A DNA stretch of 64,000 nt from Klebsiella pneumoniae (GCA_945862145.1 CAMAXE010000002.1:165-64164); one strand, 5' to 3'; positions 9,076 to 18,947 are shown, counted from the stretch's first letter. The notes: generated from the sequence alone by a model not told the origin. Numbers and translations are program-made.

Positions 9076-10386
9076 ATGATGTCTCTTTCGCGCCCCGTGT
9101 TGCGGGGGGTGATCCTGCTCGCGTCCCTGTTGCTCCCGGCGGTGTCGCGCGCCGCGGACACGCCGGTTGCAGATACCGGTAACTCGGCCTGGATTCTCAG
9201 TTCCACGGCGCTGGTGCTGTTCATGACCCTGCCGGGACTCGCGCTCTTTTACGGCGGTCTGGTTCGCAGCAAGAACGTGCTTAACGTGCTGATGCAGTGC
9301 TTTTCCATTGCCTGCGTCTCCTCGCTGCTCTGGTACGCGGTGGGCTACAGCATTGCCTTCGCACCGGGTAATGGTTTTGCCGGGGGACTGGACAGGGCGC
9401 TGTTGCTCGGCATGGACAAGAGCACGGTGAGCGGAACCCTGCCGGAATCGGTGTTCGTGATGTTCCAGATGACCTTTGCCATCATCACGCCTGCGCTGAT
9501 CATCGGCGGTATCGCCGAGCGTGCGCGCTTCTCCGCCGTGATGCTGTTTTCCGCGGCCTGGTTGCTGTGCGTGTATGCCCCGGTCACGCACTGGGTGTGG
9601 GGCGGCGGCTGGCTGCAGCAGATGGGTCTGCTCGATTTTGCCGGTGGCACGGTCGTGCATATCACCGCTGGCGTGGCCTCGCTGGTGTGCGCGCTGGTGG
9701 TGGGGAACCGTCACGGTTTCGGACACACCGCGATGCCGCCGCACAACATGACCATGACCGTCACTGGTGCCGGCATGCTCTGGGTCGGCTGGTTTGGGTT
9801 CAACGCCGGCAGCGCGCTTGCGGCCAACGGCGATGCCGGCATGGCCATGCTGGTGACGCATCTCTCTGCGGCGGCAGGCGCCTTTACCTGGCTCTGCATC
9901 GAGTGGGTCCGCTTCGGCAAGCCGAGCGCGCTGGGCGCGGTGACGGGGATGGTCGCAGGGCTGGGTACCATCACGCCGGCCTCGGGTTTCGTGGGGCCTG
10001 CCGCTGCGGTACTTATCGGTGTTACGGCGGGCTTTGCCTGTTTCTTTGCCACGCTGTGGCTGAAGCGCGTGATGTCGGTGGACGACTCTCTGGATGTGTT
10101 TCCAGTGCACGGAGTCGGTGGCGTGATCGGCACGTTGGCCGTGGGCATTTTCGCCAGCAGCGGGCTCGGGCTCTTCAGCGGTCATGGGCTGCCCGAGGGC
10201 GTCAGCATCGCCGGGCAACTTGCCACGCAGGCTTGCGGGGTCGCCGCGGTCGCCCTGTACACGGCCTTGATGACCTGGGTGCTGCTCAAGCTGATTTCTT
10301 GCGTGACGCCGCTTCGGGTCAGTGTCGAGGAAGAAACCGAGGGGCTTGACCTCGTGCTGCACAACGAGCGTGGCTATGATCTGTGA
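9076..10386 (+). CDS. amtB: ammonium transporter with cleavable signal peptide
   Basis: 436-aa polytopic protein. Signal peptide LLLPAVSRAAD, then Amt family pattern (DTGNSAWILSSTALVLFMTLPGLALFYGGLVR...FAGGTVVHITAGV...HGVGGVIGTL). GGAGG RBS. No glnK is adjacent. Confidence 0.9.
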   Translation: MMSLSRPVLRGVILLASLLLPAVSRAADTPVADTGNSAWILSSTALVLFMTLPGLALFYGGLVRSKNVLNVLMQCFSIACVSSLLWYAVGYSIAFAPGNGFAGGLDRALLLGMDKSTVSGTLPESVFVMFQMTFAIITPALIIGGIAERARFSAVMLFSAAWLLCVYAPVTHWVWGGGWLQQMGLLDFAGGTVVHITAGVASLVCALVVGNRHGFGHTAMPPHNMTMTVTGAGMLWVGWFGFNAGSALAANGDAGMAMLVTHLSAAAGAFTWLCIEWVRFGKPSALGAVTGMVAGLGTITPASGFVGPAAAVLIGVTAGFACFFATLWLKRVMSVDDSLDVFPVHGVGGVIGTLAVGIFASSGLGLFSGHGLPEGVSIAGQLATQACGVAAVALYTALMTWVLLKLISCVTPLRVSVEEETEGLDLVLHNERGYDL

Positions 10387-10464
10387 GCCGCGTGGCGGCC
10401 AGGATTTTTGAACTGCTTGGCACCTATGATTTTTGATCCGCGTGGCGGCTATGATCTCTGAGCC
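10366..10464 (+). repeat. three imperfect direct copies of the amtB 3' end (..CGTGGC(GGC)TATGATCTnTGA..)
   Basis: Copy A at 10366-10386 is GAGCGTGGCTATGATCTGTGA (ERGYDL*). Copy B at 10388-10411 is CCGCGTGGCGGCCAGGATTTTTGA. Copy C at 10438-10461 is CCGCGTGGCGGCTATGATCTCTGA (PRGGYDL*, in frame with amtB). Confidence 0.7.
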
Positions 10465-10726
10465 TCGACACTTCAGGCTTTTCCACACGGTGGGCTGCCA
10501 CCTCTGCGAGTGCGCGCAGGAGTTGCTCGCTCCGCTCGCGGCCCAGCGGGGCTGGGTGGTAGAACTGATCGATATCGCCGGGGATGACGCGCTGGAAGCC
10601 CGTTATGCAGTGCGCATCCCGGTGCTGCGTGAGGAATCCTGTGGTGTGGAGATAGGCTGGCCTTTTGATGAGGCCACAGTGCTCGCGGTGTTCAGCCCGG
10701 CTCCAGGGCCTGCAGGGCCCGGCTGA
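10451..10726 (+). CDS. glutaredoxin-like small thioredoxin-fold protein
   Basis: MISEPRHFRLFHTVGCHLCECAQELL...RIPVL has a single CxxC (CHLC) and a cis-Pro-type IPVL, as in the small glutaredoxin-like family. The TTG at 10433 is an alternative start. Confidence 0.6.
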   Translation: MISEPRHFRLFHTVGCHLCECAQELLAPLAAQRGWVVELIDIAGDDALEARYAVRIPVLREESCGVEIGWPFDEATVLAVFSPAPGPAGPG

Positions 10727-11942
10727 CCCAGTGGAGGCTCTCGAGGTAAGCGCTCTTGGCGTCTGCCTTGCTGGTGCCGATCGCCGCCAGCCTCTCCCAG
10801 GGCACGCCATCCCAGTCTGCCGTTTCGAATGCAGTGGCTGCGGCGAGCAGGGCGCCGGTGTCACCCTCGAAATGAAGCAGCGCGTCCACCGGCGCGGCGC
10901 TGACGTTCATCACATGCAGCACGGCGGGCAGTGGCCTGTCGAGGAAGGCGCCCAGCAGCGACAGCGTGCCGGTTTCGAAGGCGCGGGCGGCGAGCAGCGG
11001 CCCGCACAGCAGCCCGAGCTGCTCACAGAAGCGTGATCGCGCGAGTGCAAGTCGCAGGAGCTCGCGAGGCTTGTTGGGGATTCCCGCAAGGATGGCGATA
11101 CAGGCGCGCCCCGCCGTCCGCGGCCCCAGCCGTGCGATCGCCTCCTCGGGCGTGTGCAGCACGGAGTGCGTGTCGCCATCCGGCTCGTTGGCAAGCTTCA
11201 GCAGGCGCAGTCGGGTCAAAGGGTCATGCGGGATCGCCGCGGCCAGTGCGCTCGCCTCGTCCTGCGCACGCAAGAGTGCTCCGATGGCGCCCAGCATGGC
11301 GGCCTCGTCTACGCCAGGGCGTTGGCCGTGAAAGGTCTGGGGGTGTGCCAGGAAAAAGCCCTGGAAATAATTGAACCCCAGATCCACGCAGTGGTTGTGC
11401 ATTTCCCAGGACTCGATCTTCTCGGCCAGCAGGCGCACGGGGTAATTGCGGAGCTTGCGCACTTCCGCGCGCAATTCGGGCTCCGACATCGCCAGCACGT
11501 CGAGTTTCACGAAGTCTGCGACCTCGAGCATGGGCGCTAGCGCGGCGTGATGGCGGAAATCATCCAGCGCGATCCGGAAGCCGCGTTCGCGCAAGGCCCG
11601 CAGTCCCGCGATCACGCGGGGAGTAGCCGGCACGTCCTCCAGCACTTCGACCACAAGCTGCGGTGGCACCGGCGAGGGCGGGTGCAGCACCAGGTGCTCG
11701 GTGAAATTGATGAATACCGGCTTGCCATCGCTGATGTCGGCGATGCCGGTCGGTCCGAAGGCATCGAGCAGCAGTTGCGAGGAGGCGGCGCTGCCATCGC
11801 GCGCGGTCGCTCTGTCTGGATCAATCGAGCGGTGCAGGAGTTCGTAAGCGAAGACGTTCAGGTCTGCATCGAAAATCGGCTGGCGTGCCAGCAGCAGGAT
11901 GCGGCCCGGCCCCGATCTGCCGCTGTCAGCGCGATCCGGCAT
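10692..11942 (-). CDS. EAL plus HDOD domain protein (YuxH-type, c-di-GMP related)
   Basis: N-terminal degenerate EAL domain (LARQPIFDADLNVFAYELLHRS, ALDDFRHH, KLD, EKIES). The C-terminal part is HDOD-like. Its ATG overlaps the end of slt by 17 nt. Confidence 0.8.
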   Translation of the reverse strand: MPDRADSGRSGPGRILLLARQPIFDADLNVFAYELLHRSIDPDRATARDGSAASSQLLLDAFGPTGIADISDGKPVFINFTEHLVLHPPSPVPPQLVVEVLEDVPATPRVIAGLRALRERGFRIALDDFRHHAALAPMLEVADFVKLDVLAMSEPELRAEVRKLRNYPVRLLAEKIESWEMHNHCVDLGFNYFQGFFLAHPQTFHGQRPGVDEAAMLGAIGALLRAQDEASALAAAIPHDPLTRLRLLKLANEPDGDTHSVLHTPEEAIARLGPRTAGRACIAILAGIPNKPRELLRLALARSRFCEQLGLLCGPLLAARAFETGTLSLLGAFLDRPLPAVLHVMNVSAAPVDALLHFEGDTGALLAAATAFETADWDGVPWERLAAIGTSKADAKSAYLESLHWVSRALQALEPG

Positions 11943-13923
11943 GCGGGCGCCCCGGGATGCCGATCATGCGCTCGTCTGGCTGGATCATGGGGGCCTGAGT
12001 GCCCCCGAGATAGGCATAGATGACGGCGAAGGAAAGCACGTTCTGGACGTACTGCCGCGTTTCCCGGAACGGAATGGTCTCGGTGAAGAGATCGTGCTCT
12101 ACGGGTGCCGCAAGACGGCGCAGCCATTGGCGCACGCGCGTGGGGCCGGCGTTGTAGGCGGCGGCGGCCAGGATGCGGTTCTGGCCGAAATCATCGAGCA
12201 TGCTGCGCATGTAGTGGCTGCCCAGCTGCACGTTGGTGGCAGGGTCGAGAAGATCGGCGCTGCCGCGGTAACGCAGGCCCGCATTGCGGGCCGTCTGCTG
12301 GGCCGTCGCGGGCATCAGTTGCATCAGTCCCATCGCCCCCACGGGCGAACGCGCCGAGGGGTTCAGGGCGCTTTCCTGGCGCGCGATGGCGAAGAGCCAG
12401 TTGGGGTCGAGGCGCTGGCGACGCGCTGCTGCAGTGAACTGTTCCCGGTAGATCACCGGAAAGCGCAGGCCCAGATCGTTCCAGTCTCCGGCCTGAGCCG
12501 CGGAGGTTATGGCCAGTGTGTGCCAGCCCCAGCTGTCGGCGAGGCGGGCCGCTGCCCGCCGCGACTGCGGATCTAGACGCGCGTCGGTGTAGCCGAACTC
12601 GCGCCGCGAGGCGAGCACATCGCCGGTGACAAAGAACTCCCGGGCCCGGGCAATCCCAGGGATGCGTCCGGCTGCCTGTAGCGTGGCGGGCGTGATCTCG
12701 GGCGTCTCGTGCTGCATCTCGTAAGGTGCCCCGATACGCTCTGCCGCAAGGAAACCGTAATAGCTCCGCGTCATGCGCACCTTGGCGAAGCGTTGGTGGA
12801 GGTCTTCTTTGGATTCGTGTCCGCGCACCTCGGCGGCGCGCGCGCCCCAGTACGCCCATCGCTGCGCTGCACTCTCGGCGCCCGCGGCGAGCCCTCCGGT
12901 AGCGCTCACGCCATCCCAGTCGCCGGCACGCAGCGCATACCGCAGTGCATCATCGGCGAGCTTTTCCTCAACTACCCCGGGGCGCAGCCCCAGCACCCAC
13001 TGCAGCGCCTCTGCGGGCGAACCCACAGCCAGTCCTGCGGCCACGGCGGGCGCGGCAAGGCGCTGTCCTGCCACATCGAGCGTACCCGTGCGCGTCAGTC
13101 GATCGAAGCTCTCTCGCGCTGCTGCTGCATCAGTTCTGGCCAAACGCGTGATGCCGTAGACCGCAATCTGCGCATGCCGGGCGTTATCGGCCCGGAAGCG
13201 CCCCGCGTCGCTCAGCCGTGCGGGCCGCTCGTGTATCTCGAGGAAGAGGCGGGCATCGGCCCCCAGTGGCTCGTCGAGGAATCGCTGCAGGTACCGCGCG
13301 AGCTCTATCTGGCCTGCGGACATGGCGAGGTCGAGCCGTTCCCAGGCCGCAGCGGGCGTCGGGTTGCCGCGGGCCAACCACGGCGCAAGCGCGCGGTCGC
13401 AGGCTCCGGGGAGCGAGCGTGGGCTCTGCCATATGCGCGCAGCCTCCTTGTTTGCGACCGTGGCGGCGTCCGTCTGCCAGAGCGCATGGATCCGGGTGCA
13501 GCGCGCCTCGATCGACGCGCCATCCTCGCGGTAGGTGTCCAGATACTCCGGCCAGCGGCCCTGTGCATCGAGCACCTTCAGCCAAGCCTCGCGCAACCGT
13601 GCGCCGGGCAGCTGCTCGCCATAGCGTTCGAGGAAGACCTTGATCTGATCAGCGCGCGCCGAGGCGAGATCCCGTCGCAGTCGTGCCAGCTCGAGATAGG
13701 GGTGGAGCGGGTAGTCGCGCAGTGACGATTCGAGGCGGTCGTAGCTTTTGAGGTCGCCGCGAGCGAGTGCGGCCTGCGCACTGCGGTAGTTGGCCCGGTC
13801 GTGTTCCGTGGGTTCCGCGATGGCGGGATCGGCCCGCGACGTTGCAGCTGTAACCAGCAGCAGCGCAGTGAGCGCTGCGCGCGCCCGCCGAAGGACAGTT
13901 GCCGGGCGAGAGGCGGCTATCAG
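11926..13923 (-). CDS. slt: soluble lytic murein transglycosylase (Slt70 family); start codon problematic
   Basis: The C-terminal lysozyme-like domain has AIARQESALNPSARSPVGAMGLMQLMP and AAAYNAGP. The ORF track starts at TTG 13596, but the same frame is open up to 13953 and encodes a Sec signal peptide (RPATVLRRARAALTALLLVTAATSRA/DPA) plus Slt superhelical repeats. The only plausible initiator is CTG 13923..13921, overlapping the upstream TGA. Confidence 0.85.
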   Translation of the reverse strand: MIAASRPATVLRRARAALTALLLVTAATSRADPAIAEPTEHDRANYRSAQAALARGDLKSYDRLESSLRDYPLHPYLELARLRRDLASARADQIKVFLERYGEQLPGARLREAWLKVLDAQGRWPEYLDTYREDGASIEARCTRIHALWQTDAATVANKEAARIWQSPRSLPGACDRALAPWLARGNPTPAAAWERLDLAMSAGQIELARYLQRFLDEPLGADARLFLEIHERPARLSDAGRFRADNARHAQIAVYGITRLARTDAAAARESFDRLTRTGTLDVAGQRLAAPAVAAGLAVGSPAEALQWVLGLRPGVVEEKLADDALRYALRAGDWDGVSATGGLAAGAESAAQRWAYWGARAAEVRGHESKEDLHQRFAKVRMTRSYYGFLAAERIGAPYEMQHETPEITPATLQAAGRIPGIARAREFFVTGDVLASRREFGYTDARLDPQSRRAAARLADSWGWHTLAITSAAQAGDWNDLGLRFPVIYREQFTAAARRQRLDPNWLFAIARQESALNPSARSPVGAMGLMQLMPATAQQTARNAGLRYRGSADLLDPATNVQLGSHYMRSMLDDFGQNRILAAAAYNAGPTRVRQWLRRLAAPVEHDLFTETIPFRETRQYVQNVLSFAVIYAYLGGTQAPMIQPDERMIGIPGRPHAGSR

Positions 13924-14360
13924 GACTCGTTCCTTACCCGCACCGCCAAGACATCACAGCGCGCGCCGTGCAGGACTCCGTTGGCGGTCGAGCCCATCAG
14001 CAGCGCGAGGCCGTGGCGTCCGTGGCTGCCGACCACAATGAGGTCAGCGCCGATCTCTTCGGCGATATGATGGATCTCGGTTTCGGGTCGCCCGACCACG
14101 AGGTGGCGGTTGGATTCAGGTATTCCGAGTGGCTCGCAGAGCGAGGCCATATGGGTGCTTGCCTGTCTGTGGACTTCTTCCTGAATCCCGGAGAAGTCCA
14201 TCGGGATGTCGCCACCATAGGCGAAGCTGAGTGGCTCTATCACGTGTACGACGCTCAATTCCGAGCCGAAAACATCTCGCAGTGCCTTGGCCCGCGCGAC
14301 TACCTGTGCCGCTTCAGCGCTGAGATCCACGCCGAGCAACAAGTGTCTGTAGCCGGACAT
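13920..14360 (-). CDS. universal stress protein (UspA family)
   Basis: MSGYRHLLLGVDLS...VVGSHGRHGLALLMGSTANGVL gives the G-2x-G-9x-G(S/T) ATP motif. GGGAGAA RBS lies 7 nt upstream of ATG 14360. Confidence 0.85.
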   Translation of the reverse strand: MSGYRHLLLGVDLSAEAAQVVARAKALRDVFGSELSVVHVIEPLSFAYGGDIPMDFSGIQEEVHRQASTHMASLCEPLGIPESNRHLVVGRPETEIHHIAEEIGADLIVVGSHGRHGLALLMGSTANGVLHGARCDVLAVRVRNES

Positions 14361-14456
14361 GCGAGCGTTCTCCCTTGATGGCATCCATCCCGGAACCCGC
14401 CGTACCATAGCCCAAAGCCGCGCAGCCTCGCAAATAGGTAAATCCACGGAGTACAG

Positions 14457-14903
14457 GTGATCACATTCCTCATCGTCACGGCCCTGGTGATCGCGTTCGT
14501 GGTGGGCTCCGCGCTCGCCATGCGGCCCTCACCAAGGCTGCGCCGCTTGGCCGAACTGCGCCAGCGTGCGGTCGTTGAGGGCTTGCGGGTGCAGTTGCGT
14601 CCGGGTGAGCGCGAGGTCGACTACATCCTGGCGTGGCGGGTGATCGACGCCGGGCGTGCCCCCGGCATTGGACTGGCGGCAATCCGGGGCGAGGACGGTC
14701 TCTGGCAGCTCGAGCCCGGTGGCGTTGCCGACGCTGAGGCCCTCGTTGTGGCGATGGGTCTGCTGCCGCCGCAGGTGCGCCGGATCGTCGCGGGGTCGCA
14801 GGGCCTGGTGGCATGCTGGAGCGAGAGTGGTACGGTTCTCGAGGTGCAGCACATCGCCGTCGCCCTGCGTGCAATCCGCGAGGCGCTCGCCCCGCGCGCG
14901 TGA
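14457..14903 (+). CDS. hypothetical protein with N-terminal transmembrane anchor
   Basis: GTG start. MITFLIVTALVIAFVVGSALA is followed by an Arg-rich segment. GC3 is high. A small hypothetical gene occupies the same position upstream of topA in Pseudomonas-type synteny. I recognise no family. Confidence 0.5.
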   Translation: MITFLIVTALVIAFVVGSALAMRPSPRLRRLAELRQRAVVEGLRVQLRPGEREVDYILAWRVIDAGRAPGIGLAAIRGEDGLWQLEPGGVADAEALVVAMGLLPPQVRRIVAGSQGLVACWSESGTVLEVQHIAVALRAIREALAPRA

Positions 14904-14955
14904 GCGCACACACGCGGGCGCGATCGTGCTCTACTCCGGTCCAGGTGTCTCGCAC

Positions 14956-14984
14956 TTGACCGGTTCCGGGTCAGTCCGTATATA
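14956..14984 (+). promoter_or_regulatory. candidate sigma70 promoter of topA
   Basis: TTGACC (14956-14961), a 17-nt spacer, then TATATA (14979-14984), 39 nt upstream of the topA ATG. Confidence 0.45.
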
Positions 14985-15022
14985 TGGCCGCCCTCGTGAT
15001 TCCAAGGAACGTCGCACCTCAT

Positions 15023-17665
15023 ATGGTCAAGTCGCTGGTCATCGTGGAGTCGCCTGCCAAGGCGAAGACGATCAACAAGTATCTCGGCAGCCGCTTCGTG
15101 GTGAAGTCCAGCGTGGGTCATATTCGTGATCTGCCGACGGGCGGCAGCACAGAGCCGGTGTCGGCGGCCGACCGCGCGAAGAGCGCCGCCGTCACCCGTA
15201 AGCTGAGCCCGGCCCAGAAAGCCAGGCATAAAGAGAAGAAGTCCCGCGAGCAGCTGGTGAAACGCATGGGCGTCGATCCGGATCGCGGCTGGCGCGCCAA
15301 CTACGACATTCTGCCGGGCAAGGAAAAAGTGGTGGCGGACCTGCGCAAGGCCGCTGCAAACGCTGATGTCATCTATCTCGCGACCGACCTTGACCGCGAG
15401 GGTGAGGCGATCGCCTGGCACCTGCGTGAGGCCATCGGCGGCGAGGCGGACAAGTACCGCCGTGTCGTGTTCAACGAGATCACCAAGACCGCCATAGACG
15501 CGGCCTTCAAGAAGCCGGGCAACATCGATATGGATCGCGTGAACGCGCAGCAGGCGCGCCGTTTCCTCGATCGTGTTGTGGGCTACATGCTCTCGCCGCT
15601 GCTGTGGGAAAAGGTTGCCCGCGGCACCTCCGCCGGACGCGTGCAGTCCGTTGCGGTGCGGCTGCTGGTCGAGCGAGAGCGCGAGATCCGCGCCTTCGTG
15701 CCTGAAGAATTCTGGGAGCTCCACGCCGACACCCTCACCCCTGCGGGAGAGGCGCTACGGCTTGAGGTTCGTCGGGAGGGCGAGCGGCCGTTCCGGCCCG
15801 TGAGCCGCGAGCAGGCTGACAAGGCTGTGAAGGCGCTGCGCGGTCAGCCGTTCACCGTTGCCGCCCGTGAGGACCAGCCCCAGCGCAGCAAGCCGTCGGC
15901 GCCGTTCATCACCTCCACGCTGCAGCAGGCCGCCAGCACGCGCTTAGGCTTTGGCGTGAAGAGGACCATGACCCTGGCCCAGCGTCTCTACGAAGCCGGT
16001 TTCATCAGTTACATGCGAACCGACTCCACCAACCTCAGCAAAGACGCGGTCGCCGCCGTGCGCGAGTTCATCGTGGCCAAGCACGGCGCGCGCTACCTGC
16101 CCGCCAAGCCCATCGTCTACTCGAGCAAGGACGGCGCTCAGGAAGCCCACGAGGCCATTCGACCCTCCGACGTCAACCTCGCCCCCGACGCACTCGAAGG
16201 CGTGGAGCGCGATGCGGTGCGTCTCTACGACCTGATCTGGCGGCGGTTCATCGCCTGCCAGATGACGCCGGCCGAGTACCTCGCCACGGTGGTGGATGTC
16301 ACGGCGGGTGATTTCTCGCTGCGGGCGCGGGGACGCATCCAGAAATTTGACGGCTTCCTGCGCGCGATGCCTCCGCAGGCCCGCAAGGAAGACGACGCCG
16401 AGCTGCCAGATGTTGCGGTCGGCGCCACGCTGAAGGTGAAGGAACTGCTGCCCAGCCAGCATTTCACCAAGGCCCCCCCGCGCTACACCGAGGCCACACT
16501 GGTGGGCGAACTGGAGAAGCGGGGCATCGGGCGTCCCTCGACATATGCGGCCATCATCTCGACGATCCAGGATCGCGGTTACGCGCGGGTTGAATCCCGG
16601 CGCTTCTACGCCGAGAAACTCGGCGACATCGTCACCGATCGTCTGGCGGAGAAATTCACCGATCTCATGGATTACGGATTCACCGCCGGCATGGAGGAAA
16701 CCCTGGATAAGGTCGCCGCTGGTCAGCGCGACTGGCTCGGTGTTCTGGATGATTTCTACGCCGGTTTCAGGCGCCAACTCGAGGAGGCCAAAGGGCCACA
16801 GTCCGATGGTACCGGCGGCGGCATGAAGAGCAACCCACCGGTCGAGACCGGTATTGCATGTGCAGCGTGCGGCCGTCCGATGCAGATCCGCACCGGGAGC
16901 ACCGGTGTGTTTCTCGGCTGCTCGGGCTACGGCCTGCCGAAGGGCGAGCAGTGCAAGAGCACGCTGAACCTGGTGCATGGCGACGAGGTCGTCCACGACG
17001 ATCAGGACGAGGAAGCAGAGTCGAAAGTGCTGCGTTCGCGCCATCGCTGCCCCCTCTGCAGCACGGCCATGGACAGCTATCTGGTTGACGCGGCCCGCAA
17101 GCTCCATGCGTGTGGCAACAACCCTGGCTGCCCGGGTTACGAGATTGAGACGGGGCGTTTCAAGCTGAAGGGCTATGAAGGACCGCTGATTCCCTGCGAC
17201 AAGTGCGGCGCCGACATGCAACTGAAGACGGGCCGCTTTGGCAAGTACTTCGGTTGCACGGGTGAGGCCTGCCGCAACACGCGGAAACTCCTGCGCAATG
17301 GCCAGCCCGCACCGCCCAAGTCCGATCCCATTTCCATGCCCGACCTGCGCTGCAAGGGCTGCGACGATCACTACGTGCTGCGCGATGGCGCCTCGGGCCT
17401 GTTTCTGGCGGCGAGCCGTTTCCCCAAGAACCGCGAAACGCGAGCGCCGCTGCTGGCCGAGTTGCTGCCGGTTCGTGACCGCCTGGACCCCAAATACCAT
17501 TTCCTGCTCGAAGGCCCGGTCCGTGATCCCGAGGGCCACCCCGTGCAGGTACGATTCAGCCGCAAGATGCGCCGGCAATACCTCACCAGCGAGGTCGAGG
17601 GCAAGCCAAGCGGGTGGAGGGCGTTCTACACGGACGGCAAATGGGTGGTGAGCAAGGATGCCTGA
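15023..17665 (+). CDS. topA: DNA topoisomerase I
   Basis: [22 protein letters not shown] (Toprim), active-site SYMRTDS, and several C-terminal zinc ribbons ([24 protein letters not shown]). 880 aa. Confidence 0.95.
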   Translation: MVKSLVIVESPAKAKTINKYLGSRFVVKSSVGHIRDLPTGGSTEPVSAADRAKSAAVTRKLSPAQKARHKEKKSREQLVKRMGVDPDRGWRANYDILPGKEKVVADLRKAAANADVIYLATDLDREGEAIAWHLREAIGGEADKYRRVVFNEITKTAIDAAFKKPGNIDMDRVNAQQARRFLDRVVGYMLSPLLWEKVARGTSAGRVQSVAVRLLVEREREIRAFVPEEFWELHADTLTPAGEALRLEVRREGERPFRPVSREQADKAVKALRGQPFTVAAREDQPQRSKPSAPFITSTLQQAASTRLGFGVKRTMTLAQRLYEAGFISYMRTDSTNLSKDAVAAVREFIVAKHGARYLPAKPIVYSSKDGAQEAHEAIRPSDVNLAPDALEGVERDAVRLYDLIWRRFIACQMTPAEYLATVVDVTAGDFSLRARGRIQKFDGFLRAMPPQARKEDDAELPDVAVGATLKVKELLPSQHFTKAPPRYTEATLVGELEKRGIGRPSTYAAIISTIQDRGYARVESRRFYAEKLGDIVTDRLAEKFTDLMDYGFTAGMEETLDKVAAGQRDWLGVLDDFYAGFRRQLEEAKGPQSDGTGGGMKSNPPVETGIACAACGRPMQIRTGSTGVFLGCSGYGLPKGEQCKSTLNLVHGDEVVHDDQDEEAESKVLRSRHRCPLCSTAMDSYLVDAARKLHACGNNPGCPGYEIETGRFKLKGYEGPLIPCDKCGADMQLKTGRFGKYFGCTGEACRNTRKLLRNGQPAPPKSDPISMPDLRCKGCDDHYVLRDGASGLFLAASRFPKNRETRAPLLAELLPVRDRLDPKYHFLLEGPVRDPEGHPVQVRFSRKMRRQYLTSEVEGKPSGWRAFYTDGKWVVSKDA

Positions 17666-17927
17666 AGAGGCGGAAGGGAGCGCGCTGCTCGAAATCGTGG
17701 AGCTGGCCAACGGCGACATCGTGCTGCAGCGCGTGGGTGCCGAGGGCGCACCGCTGGTGAGGATCCGTTTTTCTGCTGAGTCTCGCGGCTATCTGGCGGG
17801 CTCGCGGGTCAATGTGGCCCGCGCGATGATCGAGGCCGGCATACGCGCCGCGGCCCAGCAGTCAGGCGGCGACGCCGATGTCGACTATCTGGCGGGACGC
17901 GGCGATGCCGGTCCCGTGATCCATTGA
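17658..17927 (+). CDS. small conserved hypothetical protein, coupled to topA
   Basis: 89 codons with very high GC3. The ATG overlaps the topA stop (ATGCCTGA). I recognise no family. Confidence 0.55.
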   Translation: MPEEAEGSALLEIVELANGDIVLQRVGAEGAPLVRIRFSAESRGYLAGSRVNVARAMIEAGIRAAAQQSGGDADVDYLAGRGDAGPVIH

Positions 17928-17933
17928 TGCTGC

Positions 17934-18536
17934 TCAGGCACCGAGTCGCAGCACTCCCACACTGATGCCCTCGAGCGCGAATTGCCGCTCGCGCAAATCT
18001 ACCCGGATCGGCTCGAAATCAGGATTTTCTGGCAGAAGTTCGAGCAGGTGCTTGTCGCGCGTGCGGTGCAGGCGCTTCACCGTGACCTCGTCATCGATGC
18101 GAGCAACCACGATCTGGCCTTCGCGGGCTTCGTGGCTGCGGTGCACGGCGAGGAGGTCGCCATCCAGGATGCCCGCATCACGCATGCTCATGCCCTTCAC
18201 CCGCAGGAAATAGTCGGCGCGGGGGGAAAACAGCTGCGCTGGCAGTTGCAGGTAACGTTCGATGTTCTCGGCGGCCAGCACGGGGTTGCCCGCAGCTACC
18301 CGGCCTACCACCGGAATCCCGGACTCCTCGCACAGGCGAATGCCCCGCGAGGCGCCGGCTGTCATTTCGATGGCGCCCTTGCGGGCGAGTGCCCGGAGAT
18401 GCTCCTCGGCGGCGTTGGGTGAGCGGAAGCCGAGTTCACGGGCGATGTCCGCACGAGTGGGCGGATAGCCGCTGTCTTCCTGGTGGCGTCGGATCAGGTC
18501 GAGGACCTGCTGCTGGCGGCCGGTGAGTTCCTGCAT
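17934..18536 (-). CDS. lexA: LexA repressor
   Basis: [37 protein letters not shown] (winged HTH), the Ala-Gly cleavage site VAAGNP, and the Ser/Lys dyad (VKGMSM ... VTVKRL). Confidence 0.95.
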   Translation of the reverse strand: MQELTGRQQQVLDLIRRHQEDSGYPPTRADIARELGFRSPNAAEEHLRALARKGAIEMTAGASRGIRLCEESGIPVVGRVAAGNPVLAAENIERYLQLPAQLFSPRADYFLRVKGMSMRDAGILDGDLLAVHRSHEAREGQIVVARIDDEVTVKRLHRTRDKHLLELLPENPDFEPIRVDLRERQFALEGISVGVLRLGA

Positions 18537-18559
18537 GAGGCATGCCCCGTGTTGGTGTG

Positions 18560-18575
18560 CTGTAAGTATATACAG
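18560..18575 (-). promoter_or_regulatory. LexA (SOS) box
   Basis: CTGTAAGTATATACAG is a perfect CTGT-N8-ACAG palindrome, 24 nt upstream of the lexA ATG. Confidence 0.85.
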
Positions 18576-18592
18576 CATCTGCCATCCGGCAA
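18565..18592 (-). promoter_or_regulatory. candidate sigma70 promoter of lexA overlapping the SOS box
   Basis: On the minus strand: TTGCCG (18592-18587), a 16-nt spacer, then TATACT (18570-18565). The -10 element lies inside the LexA box. Confidence 0.45.
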
Positions 18593-18602
18593 GGGCCTCT
18601 GC

Positions 18603-18947
18603 TCACTCTTCCCAGTCGTCGTCGGGGACATCCTCGATCTGGTCTACGGACTCGGTCCAGTCCGCGGTCTGCATTGGTTGCTCGGGATCGACAGCGTCCT
18701 CGCGGCTCAGTTCGAAGCCGCTGCGCCAGTCCTCGGGAGGGGCGACTTCTCCCAGCGCCATGCCGCGCCAGATCTCGACGTCGAACTCCTCCACCTGGCC
18801 GTCCAGATGCTGGACCTCGATGGTCCCGTCTTCGCGGTCAAAGGCCACCACTTCGAAGATCAGGCCCTCGGCACCCTGGTACCAGTTACCTATGATCGGA
18901 GAGAGTTTGCTCACCTGCTCGGTCCTCGCTTGGCGGAACCCGGTCAT
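18603..18947 (-). CDS. small acidic conserved hypothetical protein
   Basis: MTGFRQARTEQVSKLSPIIGNWYQGAEGLIFEVVAFDREDGTIEVQHLDGQVEEFD...DDDWEE. GC3 is high from about 18947 onward. The upstream ATG 18983 has poorer codon bias. The long ORF 18603..19379 is otherwise junk. Confidence 0.55.
   Translation of the reverse strand: MTGFRQARTEQVSKLSPIIGNWYQGAEGLIFEVVAFDREDGTIEVQHLDGQVEEFDVEIWRGMALGEVAPPEDWRSGFELSREDAVDPEQPMQTADWTESVDQIEDVPDDDWEE

Noticed and set aside
11926-13596. slt as delimited by the ORF track (TTG 13596 start).
   Set aside because: It would remove the signal peptide and ~110 residues of clearly coding, Slt-like sequence that is open in frame upstream. I reported the extended model with a caveat instead.
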